From Candidatus Kaiserbacteria bacterium RIFCSPHIGHO2_02_FULL_49_34 (GTDB lineage: Bacteria; Patescibacteriota; Minisyncoccia; Phycocordibacterales; UBA918), in the NCBI GenBank assembly GCA_001781205.1, contig MFLE01000014.1:26107-90106 (forward strand): a stretch of DNA of 64,000 nucleotides, written 5' to 3'. The stretch's first letter is position 1. The number at the start of each line of letters is the position of its first letter. Both the position numbers and the translations under genes were made by a program. Under the pieces are notes generated by a model. That model was not told the DNA's origin. It did not search any database and was given only the letters and a program-made list of their open reading frames with translations. Positions 1 to 7,863 of this stretch are shown here, in pieces.

Positions 1-348
1 AGCAACAATACGCTCTTTGACCTTGATGGTGAGTTTGTAGAATGATGGAGCTCCGCCTTCTTCGACTGCTATTTTGAAGGGTACCCCATTGAGTTCTTCG
101 AGAGAATCAACATATGCGCGGAATGCTTCGAAATTCTCCGTTGGCACATTCATCTGTGCATTGATGCCTTCCGATGCAATATAAATACGCCCCAAACATC
201 CAAACGCCTTGAGCTGCGCAAAAAACGCATCGCGAAACGCTTGCGGGTCTGCAATGCGGACATAGCGATAGAATGAAAGGGTTGTACGCGCGACACCATC
301 GCCCTGCACCGTCATTTTTCGCTCTTTTCGAGAAATTGCCTGTTCCAT
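1..348 (-). CDS. 5' part of a rhodanese-domain sulfurtransferase (TrhO/YceA, UPF0176-like); the gene continues beyond the window start
   Basis: Minus-strand frame from ATG at 346-348 translates MEQAISRKERKMTVQGDGVARTTLSFYRYVRIADPQAFRDAFFAQLKAFGCLGRIYIASEGINAQMNVP..., a typical YceA/TrhO N-terminus. The track ORF 107..358 is a different, overlapping frame. Confidence 0.55.
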   Translation of the reverse strand, partial: MEQAISRKERKMTVQGDGVARTTLSFYRYVRIADPQAFRDAFFAQLKAFGCLGRIYIASEGINAQMNVPTENFEAFRAYVDSLEELNGVPFKIAVEEGGAPSFYKLTIKVKERIVA

Positions 349-467
349 AATGGAACACTATACGAGAAAACGATGTAAATGCAACTGCCAGCCCAGGAAT
401 TGCTTGTATATGAATAGAAGGAACAGCCTTTACGGATCAAACTTCAATGTATCGAGTAAGTAGTTTC

Positions 468-600
468 GACTCTGGATCCTTACAGGATGACAAAATGAGG
501 GTGTGGCGCCTTAAAGAAAGTGATGGTTAAAATCGATTTTAACCATCACGTAATTTAAAACATACACTCAACTTTTTTCATCCAGGAGGCATCCAGAGTC
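468..600. repeat. Palindromic MITE-like intergenic repeat, family 1, copy A
   Basis: Left end gactCTGGATCCttacaGGATGACAAAA; right end TTTTTTCATCCaggagGcATCCAGAGtc; perfect central palindrome tgatGGTTAAAATCGATTTTAACCatca (521-548). Related copies at 38898-39028 and 44351-44481. Confidence 0.8.
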
Positions 601-709
601 AAAGCAGTGTTCACTAGTATTCTTTTGTCGTTCTGCAAAATAGAAACCTCCTAGTAGTGTTACATTTGATTTCTTAATTTAGTCCACCCATAGGTGTTGC
701 AAGAAATAC

Positions 710-1189
710 GTGTATAATGTTTCTATGTATATCATAGTCATTGGTTTGGTGTTTGCGGTTGTTGCCTATGCGGGGTATGCGGTTTTTGGGTCGTTTGCAC
801 CAAATTTTACGTCGCTGTCGAATGAGGCAGAGGGGGTTTCGATTACTGAAATGGCGAAAGAAGAGGTTCAGGAAACACGAATTCGTGTGACGTTTCCGGG
901 GCACGGCGCGAAAATTCGCTCGCCGCTCTTAATTCGTGGTGAGGCGATTGGACCATGGTTCTTTGAAGGCTCCTTCCCTGTTTCTATTCTCGATGGCAAC
1001 GGAAATGTGCTTGCGCAAGGCTCTGCGGTTGCGGAAGATGATTGGATGACGGAGGGTTTTGTGCCGTTTACCACAACGATTTATTTTGGAAAATCGCCGA
1101 CTGATGGTGGCAAGGTTCGATTGCATAAAGCGAATGCGTCGGGGCTGCCGCAACATGAGGCTTCGTTTGATGTGAATGTGCGGTTTTAA
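710..1189 (+). CDS. Membrane-anchored protein with a Gmad2-like immunoglobulin-like domain (hypothetical)
   Basis: N-terminal hydrophobic helix (YIIVIGLVFAVVAYAGYAVF), then a domain resembling Gmad2/GerMN-type Ig-like folds (IRSPLLIRGEAIGPWFFEGSFPVSILDGNGNVL...). Start may be the internal Met at 725. Confidence 0.5.
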   Translation: MYNVSMYIIVIGLVFAVVAYAGYAVFGSFAPNFTSLSNEAEGVSITEMAKEEVQETRIRVTFPGHGAKIRSPLLIRGEAIGPWFFEGSFPVSILDGNGNVLAQGSAVAEDDWMTEGFVPFTTTIYFGKSPTDGGKVRLHKANASGLPQHEASFDVNVRF

Positions 1190-1198
1190 CTTGAGAAA

Positions 1199-1364
1199 TG
1201 TCATCCTCGGGATTTAGAAAGTAAACGAGCGAGAGCGAGTATTACTTTCAAATACCCGGGGATCCAGGCGTTAGAGCAATAGCTTTTCAGCCTGGATCCC
1301 CGGGTATGTGAAAAAAAACACGGACTAGACGTCCGTGTTTCTTTTCTACATCCCGAGGATGACA
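1199..1364. repeat. Nested inverted-repeat element (rearranged relative of family 1) that embeds a bidirectional terminator
   Basis: Outer IR tgtcatcctcgggat (1199-1213) / atcccgaggatgaca (1350-1364). Inner perfect 18-bp IR atacccggggatccaggc (1252-1269) / gcctggatccccgggtat (1290-1307). Shares the GGATCC and GGATGACA motifs with family 1. Confidence 0.7.
1311..1347. terminator. Bidirectional intrinsic terminator between the Gmad2-like gene and tig
   Basis: A8 run, hairpin cacggac-taga-c-gtccgtg, then T-rich tttcttttct. Serves the convergent genes on either side. Confidence 0.7.
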
Positions 1365-1381
1365 GTTCTTTGAGGTATTTG

Positions 1382-2473
1382 CTATGCTTTTTCGAGCATG
1401 TTCATTACGGCGTCATTAGTCAGGAACGACGTAACGTATGCCCGCACGCGTGTTTCGTCGGCGTCTTTGAAGCGTGCGAGGAGTCCTTGCACTTCTACTT
1501 CGAGTGCTTCGGGGGTCGGCTTAATGTCGTCCTTCTTCGCAATTGCTTCGAGGATAAGCTGGAGCTTTGCGCGCTTTTGCGCCATCGGCAACCATTCTGC
1601 ACGCATGTCGTCACGTGTCTTCTTTACATGGCTGAGGTAGTCGTCCATCTTGAGGTTTGCACGAGTAAGGTCATCTTCCATCTGCGCAAACATCTGCTTG
1701 ATTTCTGTATCGATGAGAATGTCAGGGAGTTCAAGTGTTGTTGCTTCGACAATTGCATCGGTAATTGCTGCTTTGTGCTTTGAAGCAACTTCGTTTTTCT
1801 TTTCAATCTCGAGGTGTTCGCGGATTTTTGCTTTGAACTCTTCAACTGATGAGAATTGTCCTGGCGCGCCGAGTTCTTTTACAGTTTCTTCGGTGAGTTC
1901 AATCTTCACAGGCTCTGCATCAGCAATTGCTTTTGCTTCGTCGGTGTTGCCTTCTTGTTCTGCAGCCTGGAGCTTCTGCATCTTTTCCCATGCTGTTTTA
2001 CGGTGAAGAATGTCGTCGATTTGCTTCTGAACGTCTTCATCAGAAACTTCTACCGTTTCCTTCGTTTTATTGATACCAGCAGCGATACCCTTGTAGTCCG
2101 GAAGTTCGAATGTTGGCACGACTGACTGCACGATTGAGAAACCTACCGGGTTTCCTACTGCGAGCTTCGTAAGCGTAAGTGCTGGACCACCGAGGGCATC
2201 AATGCCTTTCGCCTTCAAGATCTCTTCGTATGCCTTAATAATCGTACGAAATGCCATTTCCTGAAGGAGTGCACCTTCGCCAATCTGCTTTACAAGCGCG
2301 GCCTCGGGAATGTTCCCCGGACGAAATCCGTCGAGCTTGATGCCCTTCCCAAGATGTGCAACCGCTGCTGCACGCTGTTTTTCTGCGAGTTCCCATGGGA
2401 GTTCGCCAACAATAGTCACCTGCGACTTTTCTGCGGGAGTCACCGCAATCGCGTCAAGAATTTTTATATCCAT
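1382..2473 (-). CDS. tig: Trigger factor (short form)
   Basis: MDIKILDAIAVTPAEKSQVTIVGELPWELAEK...GFRPGNIPEAALVKQIGEGALLQEM is a trigger-factor ribosome-binding N-domain. At 363 aa it is shorter than the canonical ~430 aa. Confidence 0.85.
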   Translation of the reverse strand: MDIKILDAIAVTPAEKSQVTIVGELPWELAEKQRAAAVAHLGKGIKLDGFRPGNIPEAALVKQIGEGALLQEMAFRTIIKAYEEILKAKGIDALGGPALTLTKLAVGNPVGFSIVQSVVPTFELPDYKGIAAGINKTKETVEVSDEDVQKQIDDILHRKTAWEKMQKLQAAEQEGNTDEAKAIADAEPVKIELTEETVKELGAPGQFSSVEEFKAKIREHLEIEKKNEVASKHKAAITDAIVEATTLELPDILIDTEIKQMFAQMEDDLTRANLKMDDYLSHVKKTRDDMRAEWLPMAQKRAKLQLILEAIAKKDDIKPTPEALEVEVQGLLARFKDADETRVRAYVTSFLTNDAVMNMLEKA

Positions 2474-2615
2474 ACTAATATTATTTATAGCCGCAGTCTA
2501 CTGAATTTGACAAAAAATGCAATGTTTCTGAACTATTCTGAGAAAATTGCTGAAACGGGGTGACCGTGCTACCATCGCAATGGTTTTGAACTTTTTTACT
2601 TCTTTGGAGGTATCT

Positions 2616-2789
2616 ATGGCTCGCAGACATAATAATTTTTCTGCAAACAAAATTCGGAAAATTTCCAAACAAATCAAAAGCTCACGGCGCATCTATCATG
2701 CAAAGAGTCATGCAGAGTTTTGCCTGCAGGACATGCCGCCTGAACTTTGGATTGCACTTGTGCGCATTATACTCATGAGGAACATGTAG
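2616..2789 (+). CDS. Small basic hypothetical protein (57 aa)
   Basis: ATG at 2616 preceded by tggaggt (SD-like) 7 nt upstream; MARRHNNFSANKIRKISKQIKSSRRIYHAKSHAEF...; followed by a terminator hairpin. Confidence 0.3.
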   Translation: MARRHNNFSANKIRKISKQIKSSRRIYHAKSHAEFCLQDMPPELWIALVRIILMRNM

Positions 2790-2805
2790 CAGCATGAACT
2801 ATAGA

Positions 2806-2838
2806 TGTATACACAAAAAACGACAGTACGCTGTCGTT
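2806..2838 (+). terminator. Intrinsic terminator
   Basis: aaaaaacgacagtacgctgtcgtttttctt: stem acgacag/ctgtcgt plus a T-run. Confidence 0.6.
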
Positions 2839-2864
2839 TTTCTTATGGTGTCTGTTGGAAGAAA

Positions 2865-3269
2865 TTATTGAATGGTATCCAAGTCAGAGGTAATTTCGTC
2901 GAGTTCTGCATCGATGCTCGAGAAGTCGAGTGACGCTTCGAGTTCGGCGCTTATGCCATCGAGATCGCGAATGGCACGCTCTTCATCGGTCTCAACCGGA
3001 ATGTTGACCACGGGGATTTCATCAGTTACATCAGGCTCCACAGTCGTCATATAGTAGTACGTGCCTGCGATAATCATGGCAACAAGGATAAGTCCAAAGC
3101 CAATCCAGACAGCGACACTGCTTTTGGCGCCACTTTGATTTTCAATGGGTGTTGCACCCATGATGTTTTCGGTGGTATTCATCTGAGCGCCGCCAACGGA
3201 AAATGTTGTAGGTGCTTGTGGGGGAGCTTCGTTTGCAGGGGCTCCTTGTGGGGTTGTGTTTTCTGGCAT
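2865..3269 (-). CDS. Hypothetical membrane protein (Pro-rich N-terminus, one TM, acidic C-terminus)
   Basis: ORF with TM segment VAVWIGFGLILVAMIIAGTYYYM; co-directional with, and 12 nt downstream of, the next gene. Confidence 0.45.
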   Translation of the reverse strand: MPENTTPQGAPANEAPPQAPTTFSVGGAQMNTTENIMGATPIENQSGAKSSVAVWIGFGLILVAMIIAGTYYYMTTVEPDVTDEIPVVNIPVETDEERAIRDLDGISAELEASLDFSSIDAELDEITSDLDTIQ

Positions 3270-3280
3270 ATATATAATGA

Positions 3281-4099
3281 TTATTCGCTAGTAGTTGTTG
3301 CTTCTGCGTCAACCTCGGCGTCTACCTCTGCCTCTGCCTCAACTGCGGGACGTGCACCTAAGCTACGCGCTGCTTCTTTAATTGTTGCAGCCGCTTCATT
3401 GATAAGTGCGCGAATCGCATGCACTTCAGCAATCACCGCGGCGAAATCTGCACGAGCAGTAGCCCATGCTTCAGCGGGAGTTGACGATGATACCGCAAGT
3501 TCAGCATCTTCTGGGAGGTCGACGAGCGATACCTTGAGTGTAGCAATACGAGCATCGACAGCAGTGAGCGCGGTCATTGTTGCAGACACATCGGCACCCT
3601 TTTCTTCGAATGCTTCGGCACGGGTACGGAGTAATGCTGATGCGTCAGTCAAACGTGTTGCAGCATCTTCGATACGTTGCGCTGCACGTCGAACGCGCTC
3701 AGCGATACGGGTAAACATTTCATTGGTAATCGCGAGCTTCTTTGCGGCGATACGCGCTTCAATTTCTGCGCGTTTTTCGTCGCGAGCAGCAAGGGCAGCT
3801 TCTCTGTTTTCTGCAACTTGACGCGTTGTGGTCTGCACGCGTTCTTGTGCAAGCACGCGAAGTTCAGCAGCTTGTGCTTGGCGCTCTGATGTAGTAGCAC
3901 TTCCTTGCGCACGTGTTTCCACTTGCGCTACCGCGCGACTTTCGGCCGAGGCTTCTGCCTGTAGACGCATATCAGTTTCCACCTGCGCACTGCGGGGTGT
4001 TTCGCGGATATAGCCCGCATTTGTCTGTGCATGCACCGACCCCACGGTGACGGCAAACATGGCGACGAGCGCCGTTCCTGTATATATATTTTTCTTCAT
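3281..4099 (-). CDS. Secreted Ala/Arg/Glu-rich coiled-coil protein (hypothetical)
   Basis: Signal peptide MKKNIYTGTALVAMFAVTVGSVHAQ, then long predicted helical low-complexity sequence. Confidence 0.5.
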   Translation of the reverse strand: MKKNIYTGTALVAMFAVTVGSVHAQTNAGYIRETPRSAQVETDMRLQAEASAESRAVAQVETRAQGSATTSERQAQAAELRVLAQERVQTTTRQVAENREAALAARDEKRAEIEARIAAKKLAITNEMFTRIAERVRRAAQRIEDAATRLTDASALLRTRAEAFEEKGADVSATMTALTAVDARIATLKVSLVDLPEDAELAVSSSTPAEAWATARADFAAVIAEVHAIRALINEAAATIKEAARSLGARPAVEAEAEVDAEVDAEATTTSE

Positions 4100-4145
4100 A
4101 CGTCCTATTGTATGCAGAACTCAAAAATGCGCAATGTGCACAACT

Positions 4146-4272
4146 CCGCACACCTGTTTTGGCACTGCTTCTTACTTTGCTTGACTGTCTTTCTAACAAT
4201 TATAGTGCAGCTGCTGCTTTGTATTGCGGTTATTGTGTAGTATCCGCATATGATGCCAAAACAGGTGTGCGG
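4146..4272. promoter_or_regulatory. Perfect 19-bp inverted repeat bracketing the pheT upstream/promoter region
   Basis: ccgcacacctgttttggca (4146-4164) and its exact reverse complement tgccaaaacaggtgtgcgg (4254-4272), enclosing 89 nt that contain TTGACT and TATAGT-like hexamers. It lies in the 250-bp divergent region between gene 3281-4099 and pheT. Confidence 0.5.
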
Positions 4273-4350
4273 ACTAGTCCCTTCACCATAGTCCTCACAT
4301 CATAGTGTATGGCTTGCACTCATCGAAAAAACAGCTATTATGCAGAGACT

Positions 4351-6243
4351 ATGCTTATTTCATACGCACGTTTGCAGACATTTTTTACCGAGCCACTACC
4401 AGCGGTAGATGAGCTTTCGGACCTTCTCACCTTTCATGCGTGGGAAATTGATGAGGTAATCCCCAAGCCAGAATTTAACGACACTATTCTTGATGTCAAA
4501 GTGTTACCTGACAAGAGCTCATGGGCGCTTTCGCATGTGGGTGTTGCGCGTGAAATTGCGACACTTTTAGGACGTAAGCTTGCTGTTGACCCTGTTACTC
4601 GCGGTGAAATCTCTACCTTCTTCCCTGTTCGTCAGTCGCAGACAAAAATGGATGCAAAGAACTGCGACCGCTACACGCTCGCACGTATTGACGGTGTCAA
4701 AGTTGCGCCATCTCCAAAATGGCTTGCGGATTTCTTGCAGTCAGTTGGGCAGCGCTCTATTAATAACATTGTCGACGCAACAAACTACATTCTCTACATG
4801 TACGGGCAGCCGACACATGTGTTTGATGCCAACAAAGTTTCGAGCATTCGCGTTCGTGAAGCTCGCGATGGCGAAACGATTACTCTTCTTGGCGGCACCG
4901 AGGCCACATTCACGGCAGCCGATGTGGTTATTGCAAACGCTGACACTGACGAAGCGCTCGCTGTTGGTGGTGTCAAAGGTGGCGCAGCTGCAGAACTCGA
5001 AAACACCACAACATCAATTCTTATAGAATCCGCACATTTCGACGCCGTCGCAACTCGCAAAACCGCGCAGCGCTTAAAGATTCGCACTGATGCATCGGCT
5101 CGCTATGAAAACGGCGTCCTTCACGACATGGCACCAATCGGTCGTGACGAGGTGGTGAAGCTTATCCTCGAACTTGCTGGTGGTGAATGTGTGTGGACGG
5201 AAGATTCATTCACCGGCACCGCAACACAGCAATCGGCAATCACCCTTCCCTTTGCAAAACTTTCTTCAGTTCTCGGTATTGAGATTAAAACAAACGAGGT
5301 CGAGAATATTTTTAAGCGAATGCATTGCACTGTCGAAACGGAGGGTGGAGCATGGCAAGTCACCCCACCTTACTTCCGCACCGATCTCCAGATTCCTGAG
5401 GACCTCATCGAAGACATCGCACGCATCCACGGTCTCGAACATGTGCATGCCGCAATGCTTCCGCAGGCAGCGCTCACGGAGATTAATAAAAATTTCTACT
5501 ACGCCGAAAAAATCCGCGAGGCACTCGCGAACGTCGGCTTCTCAGAAATACTCACCAGTTCATTCCGCAAAAAGGACGAAGTGAAACTTCAAAACTCTCT
5601 CGCAAGCGACAAAGGCTACCTCCGCAGTAATCTCTCAGAAAACATGCGCGAAGCGCTCACGAAGAACGCCCCGAACTGCGACCTTCTCGGCGTGAAAGAA
5701 ATCCGTATCTTTGAAATCGGCACCACCTTCACCGAAACCGCCGAAACACTTTCACTCGCAATTGGTGTCACTGGAGCATCGGGCTATAAAGCAAAGCTTC
5801 ATGATAAAGTTCTCGATGAAGCACGCACAGCACTCCGCGAAATCCTCGGTGACGCATCATTTGATGCAAAGGATGGCATAATTGAAATCTCGCTCGAGGG
5901 CATCATCACAAAATTGCCAACACCGACAGCATATGATGTTGCGCACGAACAAAACAACGCAACCTTCTCACAATTCTCGCTCTTCCCTGCCGTCTCACGC
6001 GACATCGCCTTCTGGGCAGAAAACCCCGACGCAGCGTTTATAGAAAAGGAGCTCCACGCATTCGCGGGGAGCAACCTCGTCCGTACCGACCTCGTCGACC
6101 GCTTTGAAAAGGATGGCCGTACATCGCTCGCCTTCCGCTTCGTCTTCCAGTCGTTTGAAAAAACACTCACCGATGATGAGGTGAACGCAGACATGGACAA
6201 CGTTTACCAGAAAGCACGAGACCTTGGTTTCGAAACACGCTAA
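4351..6243 (+). CDS. pheT: Phenylalanyl-tRNA synthetase beta subunit (short form lacking the N-terminal tRNA-binding domain)
   Basis: B3/B4 and B5-like regions; C-terminal FDX-ACB domain (FPAVSRDIAFWAENP...DEVNADMDNVYQKARDLGFE). Start chosen at ATG 4351 (MLISYARLQTFF...), preceded by TATTAT 9 nt upstream (leaderless pattern). The track ORF starts at 4309. Confidence 0.8.
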   Translation: MLISYARLQTFFTEPLPAVDELSDLLTFHAWEIDEVIPKPEFNDTILDVKVLPDKSSWALSHVGVAREIATLLGRKLAVDPVTRGEISTFFPVRQSQTKMDAKNCDRYTLARIDGVKVAPSPKWLADFLQSVGQRSINNIVDATNYILYMYGQPTHVFDANKVSSIRVREARDGETITLLGGTEATFTAADVVIANADTDEALAVGGVKGGAAAELENTTTSILIESAHFDAVATRKTAQRLKIRTDASARYENGVLHDMAPIGRDEVVKLILELAGGECVWTEDSFTGTATQQSAITLPFAKLSSVLGIEIKTNEVENIFKRMHCTVETEGGAWQVTPPYFRTDLQIPEDLIEDIARIHGLEHVHAAMLPQAALTEINKNFYYAEKIREALANVGFSEILTSSFRKKDEVKLQNSLASDKGYLRSNLSENMREALTKNAPNCDLLGVKEIRIFEIGTTFTETAETLSLAIGVTGASGYKAKLHDKVLDEARTALREILGDASFDAKDGIIEISLEGIITKLPTPTAYDVAHEQNNATFSQFSLFPAVSRDIAFWAENPDAAFIEKELHAFAGSNLVRTDLVDRFEKDGRTSLAFRFVFQSFEKTLTDDEVNADMDNVYQKARDLGFETR

Positions 6244-6246
6244 TAT

Positions 6247-6951
6247 ATGAAAGGACACATCCACCCTATTTCCCAAACTATCTCCGAAATCAACCGCATT
6301 TTTGCGGAGCTTGGTTTCGTGTTTGCGGAAGGTCCTGAGCGCGAGCTTGTAAAGTACAACTTCGACATGCTCAACGTCCCCAAAGACCATCCGTCGCGCG
6401 ACATGCAAGACACCTTCTACGTCAATGCCGAGACCGTTATGCGCACGCATACCTCGCCCGTCCAAGCGCGCTACATGGAAGCGCATCAACCACCGATTCG
6501 CATCATCGCCCCTGGCAAAGTCTTTCGTAACGAAACGACCGACGCTACCCACGAAGCACAGTTCTACCAGCTCGAAGGACTTGTTGTTGATAAAGATATC
6601 TCCCTTGCACACCTCAAAGGTACCCTCGAACACTTCATCAAAAAACTCTTCGGCGACTCTGCAGAAATCCGCTTCCGCCCGTCATTCTTCCCGTTCGTTG
6701 AGCCAGGTGTCGAAGTCGACATGCGTCTCACCTCTCCCGACGCACCCGCAAAACTAAAAGGTAAGTGGATTGAAGTTCTCGGCGCTGGTATGGTGCACCC
6801 GAATCTTCTCAAAGATGCCGGTATCGACCATACCCAATTCCAAGGCTTCGCCTTCGGCATCGGCGTTGACCGTATCGTCATGCTCAAACACGCCGTCGAC
6901 GACATCCGCCACTTCTACTCCGGCGACCTCCGCGTTGTGAATCAATTTTAA
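6247..6951 (+). CDS. pheS: Phenylalanyl-tRNA synthetase alpha subunit (catalytic core only, 234 aa)
   Basis: Class II aaRS motifs: DHPSRDMQDTFY, FRNETTDATHEAQFYQLEG, GAGMVHPNLL...FAFGIGVDRIVM. It lacks the usual N-terminal helical extension, and the gene order is pheT-pheS. Confidence 0.85.
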   Translation: MKGHIHPISQTISEINRIFAELGFVFAEGPERELVKYNFDMLNVPKDHPSRDMQDTFYVNAETVMRTHTSPVQARYMEAHQPPIRIIAPGKVFRNETTDATHEAQFYQLEGLVVDKDISLAHLKGTLEHFIKKLFGDSAEIRFRPSFFPFVEPGVEVDMRLTSPDAPAKLKGKWIEVLGAGMVHPNLLKDAGIDHTQFQGFAFGIGVDRIVMLKHAVDDIRHFYSGDLRVVNQF

Positions 6952-6976
6952 AGAAAGACAAAATGAGAAAGCATAA

Positions 6977-7004
6977 AACCAGAAGCAGGCTTCTGGTTTT
7001 ATGT
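6977..7004. terminator. Bidirectional terminator
   Basis: aaaaccagaagcaggcttctggtttt between convergent pheS and the PhnB-like gene. Confidence 0.7.
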
Positions 7005-7031
7005 TGGGTGATTTATTCCTGTTTGATCTTA

Positions 7032-7490
7032 TTAGAAATCTTCTATAATAATCTTTTTCATCTTCATCATTTTGGCAAAAGCATTCGGACGCTTCATTAA
7101 TTCTTCCATGTTTTTCGGTACTACTTGCCAGCTCAGTCCGTACTTGTCTTTGAGCCAACCGCATATCTCGGATTCTGGCACGGCCGAGAGCTTCTCGTAG
7201 TAGTAATCTATCTCTTCCTGATTCTCACAAGGGATTGAAAAGGAAACTGACTCATTGAACTTGAATTCTGGACCAGCGTTAATGGCTGTGAAATGATTGC
7301 CACTTAATTCGAAGTCAATCGCTAAAACTTTACCAGCGAGGTTGCGCTGAAAATCAGCCAACCCCTCTTCGGTACTGTTTGGATAGTAGACCGTAGAAAT
7401 AACTTTGCTGTTTGGAAATACTGAAATATAAAATTCGACAGCCTCCTTGGCATTGCCGTCAAACCATAAGTTTGGTGTGATATTTTTCAT
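7032..7490 (-). CDS. PhnB-like / 3-demethylubiquinone-9 3-methyltransferase-domain (VOC family) protein
   Basis: MKNITPNLWFDGNAKEAVEFYISVFPNSKV... is a typical PhnB/YjdN-family N-terminus. Confidence 0.65.
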   Translation of the reverse strand: MKNITPNLWFDGNAKEAVEFYISVFPNSKVISTVYYPNSTEEGLADFQRNLAGKVLAIDFELSGNHFTAINAGPEFKFNESVSFSIPCENQEEIDYYYEKLSAVPESEICGWLKDKYGLSWQVVPKNMEELMKRPNAFAKMMKMKKIIIEDF

Positions 7491-7863
7491 AAGTATTCTT
7501 TGTTGATTATTAATAGTGTTATTTTACCATATCTTCGCAGTATGCGTCACACAAATTTCCTGACTTCAGGATATTTCTCATTTTTACTTAGGGATTCAGA
7601 CTCATGTTCCTTGTGCATGCTATAGATATGTGCTAGGTTCGTTCTATTACTAATCCCAAAAAGGCTGAGGAATCTCCGGTTCTCTCTCCTTATTCTATCC
7701 ATTGATCCTGGTGATCTATGGTTGCAAAACATGTCCCCTCTCTGTTTTGTGTATAACTATTCGAATTTTCATGTATTCAACGAAAGCGGTTGTCCCTGGC
7801 GTATTTTCACAAGCTTCACATACTTCCTCACTTAAAAAGTCCGGTGAAGGAGTAAAAATAGCA

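Noticed and set aside
107-358. Track ORF 107..358 (-) as the gene at the window start
   Set aside because: A different frame on the same strand, ATG 346-348 running to the window edge, gives a clean TrhO/YceA rhodanese-like N-terminus. The 83-aa track ORF is an overlapping alternative frame with no recognisable features.
3135-3821. Long antisense or overlapping ORFs: 3135..3821 +, 5995..6633 -, 17389..18072 -, 27787..28563 +, 61607..62137 - and 60558..60794 +
   Set aside because: They lie entirely inside well-supported genes on the opposite strand (coiled-coil protein, pheT, PilB-like ATPase, ftsH, spoVR). They have low-complexity Ser/Ala/Arg-rich translations typical of GC-rich antisense frames, and no start signals.
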